Source: an uncultured Armatimonadetes bacterium (GTDB lineage Bacteria > Armatimonadota > Armatimonadia > Armatimonadales > Armatimonadaceae). Taken from it: a DNA stretch of 50,194 nt. The stretch is taken from the NCBI GenBank assembly GCA_902805585.1, contig CADCTO010000001.1, positions 1 to 50,194 of the forward strand, read 5' to 3'. Both the position numbers and the translations under genes were made by a program. Under the pieces are notes generated by a model, which worked only from the letters and a program-made list of their open reading frames with translations, made no database searches and was not told the DNA's origin. Of this stretch, positions 35,771-43,884 are shown in pieces. How positions within the stretch are numbered: position 1 is the first letter of the stretch; every line of letters starts with the position of its first letter.

Positions 35771-38700
35771 GTGGCACCGTCAGAGCAGCCTCCAGCAGAT
35801 CCGTCGCTGGAAATCCGATTGTTCGGCCCCTTCGCCGTGCGCGTCGAGGGGCGCCCGCTCCCGCGCCTGCGCACGCGCAAGGGGCAGTGGCTTCTCGCCC
35901 TGCTCGTGCTGCGCTCGGGCCGCGAGGTGGATCGGGAATGGCTGGCGGCCACCCTGTGGCCCGAGAGTTCCGAGCAGCAGGCGTTCGCCAACCTGCGCCT
36001 GAGCCTGACGGACCTGCGCCACGCGCTGGGCCGGCAGGCAGGCCGCCTGACCTCGCCGTCGCCCCGCACGCTCTGTCTGGACCCGGCGGGCGCCGAGATC
36101 GACATGCTCGCCTTCGACGCGGCCCTCGCGCGCGGCGGCGACGTGGCGTCGCTGGAGCGGGCCGTCGCGCTCTACCGCGGCCCCCTGCTGGAGGGCTGCC
36201 TCGAAGAGTGGGTGCTCCAGGAGCGCGAGGCGCGCGGGCAGGCGTACCTGCAGGCGCTGGAGTCGCTGGCGTCACAGGCGATGGGGCGGGGCGACGCCGC
36301 GACCGCCGTGCGCCACCTGCGCGCCGCCGTCGCCGCAGACCCTCTGCGCGAATCGGCGCTGCGCGCCCTGATGCAGGCGCTGGCGCGCGGGGGCAGCTAC
36401 GCCGCCGCCGTGATGGCCTACCGCCACTACCGGGACTTCCTGCGCCGCGAGATGGCCGCGGAGCCCGACCCGGAGACGCGCGCCGTGTTCCGGCAGATCC
36501 GCACCGACGCCCGCCGACGCGCGCAGACAACGGCGGCCCCGGCCGTCCCGCCCGAAGAACGCGGCGCGTCACCGCCCCTCCCGGAAACCGCCGCGGCCGC
36601 CCAGGCGCCCCTGCCGGCGCGCGAACCGGCCCGCCCGATCCCGTCCGGCAATCTGCCGCACCAGCGGACCTCCTTCATCGGGCGGCAGCCGCAGATCGAG
36701 GCGGTGCGCGCGGCGCTCCTCCCGCCGTGGGGCGATGCCGATCTTCCCGTCGGGCCCGGACAGGCACGACTGGTGACGCTCACGGGGGCGGGCGGCTCCG
36801 GCAAGACGCGGCTGGCGCTGCGCGTCGCCGAAGGCCTCCGTGAGGCGTACACCGGCGGCGTCTGGCTGGTCGAACTCGCCCCGCTGCTCGATCCCGCGCT
36901 CGTGCCCCAGGGGGTCGCCGCCGCGTTAGGGGTCCACGAACAGCCCGAGCGCGCCCTCGCGGAGACGCTGGAGGAGTACCTGGGACCTCGCTCGCTCCTT
37001 CTGGTGCTGGACAACTGTGAGCACGTTCTGGAGGCCTCCGCGCGGCTCGCGGACCGGCTCCTGCAATCCTGCCCCGGCCTGCGCATCCTGGCGACCAGCC
37101 GCGAGCGGCTCCGCCTTTCCGGCGAGTTCGAGTACCGGGTCCCCGCGCTCGGATCGCCGGCGGACTCGGAAACGCTCTCCGTCGAGGAGGCGCTGGCGCA
37201 CGAGGCCGTCCAGCTTTTCGCGGAGCGGGCCGTCTTTTCGCGGCCGGATTTCGCGGTGACGAAGGAAAACCTGCCCGCCGTGGCCCTGGTGTGCCGGCGG
37301 CTGGACGGCAGCCCGCTCGCCATCGAGCTGGCGGCCGCGCGCACGCGGGTCCTGACGGTGGAACAGCTCGCCCGCCGCCTGGACGACCGCTTCCGGCTGC
37401 TCACCGACGGCAGCCGCGCCGCGCTGCCCCGGCAGCAGACGCTGCGGGCCGCCATCGACTGGAGCTACGACCTGCTCGACGAACCGGAACGGGCGCTCCT
37501 GCGCCGCCTGAGCGTCTTCGCGGGCGGGTGTTCCCTGGAGGCGGCCGAGTCCGTCTGCGCCGGCGAGGGGATCGAGGAATGGGAGGTGTTGGAACGGCTG
37601 TCGAGCCTGGTCGAGAAGTCGCTGGTCGTCGCGGAGGACCGGGGCGGGGCGGACGGGATGCGCTATCATCTCCTGGAAACGGTGCGACAGTACGGACAGG
37701 AGCGGCTGGCCGAAACGGGCGAGGCCACGCGCGTGCGAAAGCGGCACGTGGAGCGGTCGCTGTGGCTGGCCGAACAGGCGGACGGCAAGATCTGGGACGA
37801 GGACGGCCCCGTCTGGATGGGGCGCCTGGATTCGGAACACGACAACCTCCGCGCCGCCCTGGAGTACAGCCGCGACATCGGGGACGAGTGCGAATCCGGG
37901 ATGCGCCTGGCCGGTGCGCTCGCCCAATTCTGGTACATGCGCGGCCACTGGAGCGAGGGGCGGGACTGGGTGGAGACGATGCTCCGGCAAGGGCACGAGC
38001 GGGCCTCGTTCGGTCGGGCGAAGGCGCTCCTCGGGGCGGGGATCCTGGCCTGGGACCAAGACGACTACCGTAACGCCCGGCCCTATCTGGAGCAGAGCCG
38101 GGCCCTGTGGCGGCAGATCGGCGACAGCCCGGGCTACGCCGAAACGGTCCTCGTGCTGGGCTGTGTTCTCGGAACTCTGGGCGAGTACGCGGAAGGGAAA
38201 CGGCTGCTGGACGAAGCCCTGGAGTACAGCCGGCGCACGGGTTCCGAGAGTGGAACGGTGTTCTGCCTCGCCTATCTCGCGCGTAACGCCTTCGAGCAGG
38301 AAGACTATGCCACGGCCCGTTCCCTCAGCCGGGAGTGCCTGGCGCTGTCGCAAGAGATCGAGCACCGGTGGGGGAGCGCCTTCGCCCTGATGATCCTCGG
38401 CTCGGTGGCGGGGAAAGAGCGAGACTTCGACCGGGCCATCGGACTCTGTCAGGAGAGCCTGGCGCTGTCGCAGGAACTGGGCAACCGGCGCGGTCAGGCG
38501 CGCTGCCGGCTGGTGCTCGGCCTGATCGCCTGCCGACGGGAACGGTTCGAAGAAGCGACCCGGCATTTCCGGGAATGCCGGAGCGACTTCCAGGACCTGG
38601 GGGATAAAGAGGGGATCTGCTACACCCTGGAAGGCATGGCCCTGATGTCGGCCCTTTCGGGGTTCCCGGAGCGGGCCATACGCCTGCAGGCGACGGCGCA

Positions 38701-38878
38701 GGGGCTGCGCGCCGCCATCGGCATCCCGCTGCCTCCCTCCAGCCGTACCATGATGGAGAGCTGGCTCGCGGGCGCGCAGGCTCAGCTGGACGTCCGGTCC
38801 TTCTCCGAAGTGTGGGCCGAAGGGCTCCGCACCGACGGCGGCCGGGCGATGCGGACCGTATTCGAGGATGTTTCGTGA
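35771..38878 (+). CDS. SARP/BTAD-family transcriptional regulator fused to a STAND (NB-ARC-like) ATPase and TPR domain
   Basis: 1035 aa. N-terminal OmpR-type wHTH ('LEIRLFGPFAVRVEGRPL...RTRKGQWLLALLVL'), BTAD ('YRGPLLEG...DPLRESALRALMQAL...AYRHYRDFLRREM'), P-loop 'LTGAGGSGKTRLA', Walker B 'LLVLDNCEH' and C-terminal TPRs. Confidence 0.85.
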   Translation: MAPSEQPPADPSLEIRLFGPFAVRVEGRPLPRLRTRKGQWLLALLVLRSGREVDREWLAATLWPESSEQQAFANLRLSLTDLRHALGRQAGRLTSPSPRTLCLDPAGAEIDMLAFDAALARGGDVASLERAVALYRGPLLEGCLEEWVLQEREARGQAYLQALESLASQAMGRGDAATAVRHLRAAVAADPLRESALRALMQALARGGSYAAAVMAYRHYRDFLRREMAAEPDPETRAVFRQIRTDARRRAQTTAAPAVPPEERGASPPLPETAAAAQAPLPAREPARPIPSGNLPHQRTSFIGRQPQIEAVRAALLPPWGDADLPVGPGQARLVTLTGAGGSGKTRLALRVAEGLREAYTGGVWLVELAPLLDPALVPQGVAAALGVHEQPERALAETLEEYLGPRSLLLVLDNCEHVLEASARLADRLLQSCPGLRILATSRERLRLSGEFEYRVPALGSPADSETLSVEEALAHEAVQLFAERAVFSRPDFAVTKENLPAVALVCRRLDGSPLAIELAAARTRVLTVEQLARRLDDRFRLLTDGSRAALPRQQTLRAAIDWSYDLLDEPERALLRRLSVFAGGCSLEAAESVCAGEGIEEWEVLERLSSLVEKSLVVAEDRGGADGMRYHLLETVRQYGQERLAETGEATRVRKRHVERSLWLAEQADGKIWDEDGPVWMGRLDSEHDNLRAALEYSRDIGDECESGMRLAGALAQFWYMRGHWSEGRDWVETMLRQGHERASFGRAKALLGAGILAWDQDDYRNARPYLEQSRALWRQIGDSPGYAETVLVLGCVLGTLGEYAEGKRLLDEALEYSRRTGSESGTVFCLAYLARNAFEQEDYATARSLSRECLALSQEIEHRWGSAFALMILGSVAGKERDFDRAIGLCQESLALSQELGNRRGQARCRLVLGLIACRRERFEEATRHFRECRSDFQDLGDKEGICYTLEGMALMSALSGFPERAIRLQATAQGLRAAIGIPLPPSSRTMMESWLAGAQAQLDVRSFSEVWAEGLRTDGGRAMRTVFEDVS

Positions 38879-39172
38879 CCGACGGTCTGCCGGGAACCGG
38901 GACGCCGATACCGTCGGGGAGACACGATCGAGATCGATAGCATTGGGCCGCCGCGGGCCACGCACGGCGGTAGGCTGCCACTTTCCTTCTGCGCGCGACG
39001 GCGTTAGCGTGGCCCGGAAACGCACGCGAGCGAGGCCCGACAGCGACGGAAGAGCGACTTCGGTTGCTGTCGGGCCCCGGAATCGGATAGTAATTACTCT
39101 CCTTTTACACCAATGCCCGCAGTCTCAAACGCGGATGTGAGCTATCTCACACCCGAGTTGCCAAGCGGGCTC

Positions 39173-39201
39173 TTGACAACGAGGCGACCGGGCGGTATAG
39201 T
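39173..39201 (+). promoter_or_regulatory. sigma70-type promoter of the TetR-efflux operon
   Basis: TTGACA (39173-39178), 17-nt spacer, TATAGT (39196-39201). Confidence 0.65.
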
Positions 39202-39225
39202 TGATTGACCAGTCAATCAACTATA
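39196..39225. promoter_or_regulatory. perfect 14-bp inverted repeat, candidate TetR operator overlapping the -10 and transcription start
   Basis: TATAGTTGATTGAC-CA-GTCAATCAACTATA. It ends 2 nt before the tetR ATG (39228). Confidence 0.65.
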
Positions 39226-39227
39226 CC

Positions 39228-39848
39228 ATGACACGACGAAACGACGAGGAATTTGAGGAGCGGCGGCAGCGTATCATCGACGCGGCGCTCCACGTGTTCG
39301 CCGGCAAGGGGTTCGAGCGGGCGACGAACAAGGAGGTCGCGCAGGCGGCCGGGATCGCCTCGCCGGGCCTGATCTATCACTATTTCAAGGATAAAGCGGA
39401 CCTGTTCCGCCAGGTCGTCGAGCAGCGCGTGCCGCTGTTACAGCTTCTCGCCCATCCCGAAGAGCTGATGGCGCTGCCGCCGGAAGAGGCGCTGACCCGT
39501 TTCGGCCGCGCGTATCTGCGGATCTCGGAGAACCGCGAGGCGGTCGCCTTCATGAAGCTGGTGGTGGGGGAGGCGGTCCGGCGTCCCGCGGTCGCCCGCC
39601 TTCTCGACGAGATCGGGCCGAGCCGTGCGTTCCGGTTCCTCGTTCTCTACCTGGAACGCCAGATGGACGCGGGCGTGCTGCGGCGTGTAGACCCCGCGGG
39701 CGCGGCACGCTCGTTCTTCGGGCCGCTGATCGTGTTCCTGGTCACGCGCGAGGTGCTGCAGCACCCGGACGCGACCCGGGCGGATCCGGAGGCCGTGCTC
39801 GCGACCAGCCTGGACATCTTCCTGCGCGGTATGCGGCCCGACCCCTGA
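39228..39848 (+). CDS. TetR/AcrR family transcriptional regulator
   Basis: 'RRQRIIDAALHVFAGKGFERATNKEVAQAAGIASPGLIYHYFKDK'. Start taken as ATG 39228. The ORF track's TTG 39201 lies inside the operator. Confidence 0.85.
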   Translation: MTRRNDEEFEERRQRIIDAALHVFAGKGFERATNKEVAQAAGIASPGLIYHYFKDKADLFRQVVEQRVPLLQLLAHPEELMALPPEEALTRFGRAYLRISENREAVAFMKLVVGEAVRRPAVARLLDEIGPSRAFRFLVLYLERQMDAGVLRRVDPAGAARSFFGPLIVFLVTREVLQHPDATRADPEAVLATSLDIFLRGMRPDP

Positions 39849-39870
39849 ACGTTTCGGAACGGAGGTTGAC

Positions 39871-41328
39871 GTGATGAAGCATGCTAATCCTCGCCTTCTC
39901 GTACCGCTCGCCCTCATCGCGGTCCTCGGCACCGGCGGTTATGTGGTGGAAGCCCGCCGCGCCGAGGCCCGCAGCACGCTGTCCGGCTTCTGGGAAAGCC
40001 AGCCCTCGGCCGTCGCGTCCCGCGTCGGCGGGCGCGTGGTAAAGGTTCTCGTTCAGGAGGGGGAGGAGGTCCGCACCGGCCAGAACCTGGTGATCCTGGA
40101 GACCGATGCCGAGCGCGCACGTTCGCAGGCGCAGGACGCGCTTGCCGAGCAGGCTCGGCAGCAGCTCCGCGAGACGCAGCGTGGTCCGCGGGCGGAAGAG
40201 ATCCGCCGCCAGGCCGCCGTGGTCGCGGAATCGGAGGCCGCGCGGGACCGGCTCGTGAACGGGGCGCGGCCCGAAGAGATCGCGCAGGCGCGGGCCCGGC
40301 TCCGGCAGACCGAGGCCGTCTACCGGCGCGTCCGTGCGGGCGCGCGGCCGGAAGAGGTCGCGCAGGCGCGGGCGGCGGAGCGGGAGGCCCGGGCGCGCCT
40401 CGACCAGGCCAGCCGCGGGCTGACGGCGGAGGAGCGGGCGCAGGTGCGTGCGCGACGGGATGCGGCCGCGGCCGTGGCGACGCTGGCGCGCGGGGAACGG
40501 GTCCGCGCGGACAGTCTGCTCGCCGAGGGAGCGATCAGCCGCCAGGAACGGGACCGGGCCCAGGCGGAGCAGGCGGCCGCGACGGCGCGCCTCCAGGAAG
40601 CAGAGGAGGCGCTGCGGCGGGCAGAGGCCGGCACCCCGGCCGAGGAGCTGGAGGCGGCGCGGCAGGCGCACCGGCAGGCGCGGGCGGCGCTCGACCTGGT
40701 CCTGGCGGGTGCGCGGTCCGAGGACATCGCGGCGGCGCGATCCGAAGTCGACGCGGCCCGCGAGGCGGTGCGCCTGCTGGAACGGGGAACGCGGTCCGAG
40801 GACCTGCGGGCGGCCGAGGCGCGGGTGCGCCAGGCGCGTGCGGCGCTGGACGCGCTGCGCGCGGGCAGCCGCACCGAGCAGATAGCGCAGGCCCGGGCGG
40901 CCGAGCGCGCCGCGAACGCCCTCGCCCGGAGCAGCCGCCAGAACGTGCGGGAGGGCGTCGTCGTCGCCCCCGGCCTGGCGACCGTGGAGCGCGTGCTCGT
41001 CGCCGTCGGCGACCTCGTGTCGCCCGGAGCGCCCGTCGTGCGGCTCGCCGACCCCTCGGACCTGTGGCTGCGCGTGTACGTGCCCGAGCGCGACCTCGCG
41101 AACGTTTCCGTCGGCGGTCCCGCGAGGGTGCGGGTGGACGGTATCGCGGAGCCCGTCGCGGCCGTAGTCGAGACCGTCGCCACCCGGGGCGAATGGACCC
41201 CCGCGAACCTGCAGACCCCGGAGGAGCGCGGCAAGCAGGTCTTCGCGGTGCGCCTGCGCCTCCGGCGGCCCGACCCGCGCGTCAAGGCCGGCATGTACGC
41301 GACCGTGCTGAGGCTCGGGCGACCGTGA
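39871..41328 (+). CDS. HlyD-family periplasmic adaptor (YbhG-like, extended coiled coil)
   Basis: N-terminal TM, 'VGGRVVKVLVQEGEEVRTGQNLVILE' (lipoyl-like), many 'GARPEE(I/V)AQARA' hairpin repeats and a C-terminal beta-barrel 'GMYATV'. GGAGG SD. Start is GTG 39871 or ATG 39874. Confidence 0.85.
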   Translation: MMKHANPRLLVPLALIAVLGTGGYVVEARRAEARSTLSGFWESQPSAVASRVGGRVVKVLVQEGEEVRTGQNLVILETDAERARSQAQDALAEQARQQLRETQRGPRAEEIRRQAAVVAESEAARDRLVNGARPEEIAQARARLRQTEAVYRRVRAGARPEEVAQARAAEREARARLDQASRGLTAEERAQVRARRDAAAAVATLARGERVRADSLLAEGAISRQERDRAQAEQAAATARLQEAEEALRRAEAGTPAEELEAARQAHRQARAALDLVLAGARSEDIAAARSEVDAAREAVRLLERGTRSEDLRAAEARVRQARAALDALRAGSRTEQIAQARAAERAANALARSSRQNVREGVVVAPGLATVERVLVAVGDLVSPGAPVVRLADPSDLWLRVYVPERDLANVSVGGPARVRVDGIAEPVAAVVETVATRGEWTPANLQTPEERGKQVFAVRLRLRRPDPRVKAGMYATVLRLGRP

Positions 41329-42263
41329 ACGCCATCGACCTGCACGGCCTGACGCGGCGCTTCGGCGACTTCACGGCGGTCGACGCGCTCACGTTCTCCG
41401 TGCCGAAGGGCGCGATCTTCGGGTTCCTCGGTCCGAACGGGAGCGGCAAGAGCACCTGCATCCGCATGCTCTGCGGCCTGCTGCTCCCGACGTCCGGCAC
41501 GGCGACGGTCAACGGCCACGACATCGTGGGCGAGGCCGAAGCCGTCAAGCGGTCCATCGGGTACATGAACCAGGCGTTCAGTCTGTACCGCGACCTGACC
41601 GTGGAGGAGAACCTGGCGTTCTTCGGCGGGGTCTACGGGCTGACCGGCGAGGCGCTGCGGCGGCGCAAGGCAGAGGTCATCGACCTGGTCGGCATCGGGG
41701 ACTACCGCGGCCGGCGGAGCGGCCTGCTGTCCGGAGGCTGGAAGCAGCGCCTGGCGCTGGCCGCCGCGCTGATCCACGAACCGGACCTGCTGTTCCTGGA
41801 CGAACCTACGGCCGGGATCGACCCCGTCGCCCGCCGCGACCTGTGGGACCTCCTGTTCGCCCTGGCGGGGCAGAACAAAACGCTGTTCGTGACGACGCAC
41901 TACATGGACGAAGCCGAGCGGTGCAGCGAGATCGGCTACATCTACCTGTCCCGCCTCATGGTGCAGGGGACCCCCGCCCACCTGAAAGCGCTCCCCGAGG
42001 TGTCGCCGTCCGGCACGCGCCGGATCGCGGTCGCCGCGCCCTTGCCGGCGCGGGCGCTCCAGGCACTGCGGGGCAAACCGTGGGCCCTGGACGCCACCCT
42101 CGTCGAGTCGGAGGTGCACCTGCTCCTGCCCCGCGAGACCGGCGACGGCGAGATAGTCCGCGCCCTGGAGGCGGTCGGACTACCGCCGGCAGGCGTCCGC
42201 CCGATCGATCCGTCCCTCGAGGACGTGTTCGTCACCCTGACCCGGAGCCTGGCGAAACGATGA
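41325..42263 (+). CDS. ABC transporter ATP-binding protein (ABC-2 subfamily)
   Basis: 'GFLGPNGSGKST', 'LSGGWKQRLALAAAL' and 'LLFLDEPTAGID'. The GTG overlaps the adaptor stop (GTGA). Confidence 0.85.
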   Translation: MNAIDLHGLTRRFGDFTAVDALTFSVPKGAIFGFLGPNGSGKSTCIRMLCGLLLPTSGTATVNGHDIVGEAEAVKRSIGYMNQAFSLYRDLTVEENLAFFGGVYGLTGEALRRRKAEVIDLVGIGDYRGRRSGLLSGGWKQRLALAAALIHEPDLLFLDEPTAGIDPVARRDLWDLLFALAGQNKTLFVTTHYMDEAERCSEIGYIYLSRLMVQGTPAHLKALPEVSPSGTRRIAVAAPLPARALQALRGKPWALDATLVESEVHLLLPRETGDGEIVRALEAVGLPPAGVRPIDPSLEDVFVTLTRSLAKR

Positions 42264-43357
42264 AGGCCGCGCTGCGCGGATTCTGGAGCGTCACGGCCAA
42301 GGAGGTACTCCACCTGCGGCGGGACACGGCGACCCTGGTCATCGCGCTGGCGATCCCGATCCTCCAGCTCACCCTGTTCGGCTTCGCGATCGACTTCGAC
42401 ATCCGCCACATCCGCACCATCGTGATCGACCTGGACCGCAGCCGCGAAAGCCGCGCCTACGTCGACCGGATCCGCGCCACGCAGTACATCGACGTGATCG
42501 GCTACGGCGCGAGCCCGGAGGAGGCCGAACACGTCCTGCGCCGGGGCGAGGCACGGGTCGCCGTCATCATCGGGCCGGACTTCGCGCGCCGCAGCGGCGT
42601 GCCCGGGGACGCCCCCGCCGTGCGGGTCCTGATCGACGGCTCGGACAATCAGGTTGCCACGCGCGCCCGCCTCGCCTTCCTGTCGCCCCCGGGCACGGAA
42701 GCGCCCGCCCCGGGCGCCGTGGAGGCACGCGTCAACGTGCTGTTCAACCCGGAGATGCGGACCGAAACGTTCCTGATCCCCGGCCTGATCGGGGTCATCC
42801 TCCAGCTCGTCACGGTTTCGCTCACCAGTTTCAGCCTGGTGCGCGAGCGCGAGCAGGGCACGCTGGAGCAGCTGATGGTCAGCCCGGTCGGCCGGCTCGG
42901 CCTGATGCTCGGCAAGCTGACGCCGTACGCCGGCCTCGCCCTGTGCGAGATGGCCGCGGTCCTGATCCTGGGCCGACTGGTCTTCGACGTGCGCGTCGCC
43001 GGCAGCGTCGTGCTGCTCCTCCTGCTCTCGCTCCCCTTCATCGCGGCGGCGCTGTCACTGGGCCTCCTGATCAGCACCCTCGCGCAGAACCAGGCGCAGG
43101 CGCTCCAGATGACGCTGCTCATCACGCTCCCCTCGATCCTGATGTCGGGCTTCGTCTTCCCGCGGGAGACGATGCCGGGCCCGCTCTTCCTGGCCGCGCA
43201 CGCGATGCCCGTCACGTTCTTTCTGGACATCCTGCGGGGGGTCGTGGTTCGTGGCGCGGGGCTCGCGGACCTGTGGCCGAGCGTGCTGGCGCTGCTGGGG
43301 ATCACCGCCGTCCTGCTGACGCTCGCGACCGCCCGCTTCCGAAAGAGCGCGGCATGA
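42260..43357 (+). CDS. ABC-2 type transporter permease
   Basis: 'KEVLHLRRDTATLVIALAIPILQLTLFGFA', 'REREQGTLEQLMVSP' and six predicted TM helices. The ATG overlaps the preceding stop (ATGA). Confidence 0.85.
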   Translation: MKAALRGFWSVTAKEVLHLRRDTATLVIALAIPILQLTLFGFAIDFDIRHIRTIVIDLDRSRESRAYVDRIRATQYIDVIGYGASPEEAEHVLRRGEARVAVIIGPDFARRSGVPGDAPAVRVLIDGSDNQVATRARLAFLSPPGTEAPAPGAVEARVNVLFNPEMRTETFLIPGLIGVILQLVTVSLTSFSLVREREQGTLEQLMVSPVGRLGLMLGKLTPYAGLALCEMAAVLILGRLVFDVRVAGSVVLLLLLSLPFIAAALSLGLLISTLAQNQAQALQMTLLITLPSILMSGFVFPRETMPGPLFLAAHAMPVTFFLDILRGVVVRGAGLADLWPSVLALLGITAVLLTLATARFRKSAA

Positions 43358-43368
43358 ATCGTGCTCCC

Positions 43369-43397
43369 TTGCTACACGGGGGCGGATGTGCTATACT
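43369..43397 (+). promoter_or_regulatory. sigma70-type promoter upstream of the LuxR-type gene
   Basis: TTGCTA (43369-43374), 17-nt spacer, TATACT (43392-43397) with an extended TGc. Confidence 0.5.
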
Positions 43398-43458
43398 CCC
43401 GCCAGAATTAGCGAGAAGGGCAGGACTGCTGCGCTGCCCGGGGGGATGGAGGCACACG

Positions 43459-43824
43459 ATGAGCAGGTTTCGTCCGCCGCTGATACACGCCATTCGTTCT
43501 CAAACGCCGTCCCGGACCGCACGACACCGGGCGCCCGTCCCGGCCGCGCTGCGCGACGAAGGCGGCGACGCGAACGGCCCGCGCCAGCCGACCGCCCCTC
43601 ACGACGCTCCCCTGACGCGGCGCGAAATCCAGGTACTCCGGCTCGTGTGCGAGGGCCGCTCCAACCAGGAGGTGGCGGACCAGCTCTTCCTGAGCAAGCG
43701 CACGGTCGATTTCCACCTGAAGAACGTCTACACCAAACTGGGCGTGAACAAGCGCGTTCAGGCGCTGCACGTCGCGACCCGCCGCGGCTTGATCTCCCTG
43801 GGAAACCTCGGCACCCAGGTCTGA
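43459..43824 (+). CDS. LuxR/GerE-family helix-turn-helix protein (121 aa, no receiver domain)
   Basis: 'LTRREIQVLRLVCEGRSNQEVADQLFLSKRTVDFHLKNVYTKLGV'. GGAGG lies 7 nt ahead of ATG 43459. Confidence 0.8.
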   Translation: MSRFRPPLIHAIRSQTPSRTARHRAPVPAALRDEGGDANGPRQPTAPHDAPLTRREIQVLRLVCEGRSNQEVADQLFLSKRTVDFHLKNVYTKLGVNKRVQALHVATRRGLISLGNLGTQV

Positions 43825-43849
43825 GCCGGTCGGCCCGTGAGCGTCGTGT

Positions 43850-43879
43850 TTGACAGGCGCCGCTCCGGGCCCCTATAAT
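43850..43879 (+). promoter_or_regulatory. near-consensus promoter giving a leaderless metallophosphoesterase mRNA
   Basis: TTGACA (43850-43855), 18-nt spacer, TATAAT (43874-43879). GTG 43885 and ATG 43888 follow at 5 and 8 nt. Confidence 0.6.
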
Positions 43880-43884
43880 CCGTC

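Noticed and set aside
35771-38878. A STAND/NB-ARC ATPase as a possible Avs-like anti-phage sensor.
   Set aside because: The N-terminal module is an OmpR-type winged helix plus BTAD, i.e. a transcription activator. No nuclease, protease or other effector domain is present. A regulatory role is the simpler reading.
40140-40950. Highly repetitive sequence inside the HlyD gene (many 'GARPEE(I/V)AQARA'-like units).
   Set aside because: The repeats are in frame and imperfect. They match the alpha-helical hairpin/coiled-coil of YbhG-type adaptors. This is not a CRISPR array or a non-coding tandem repeat.
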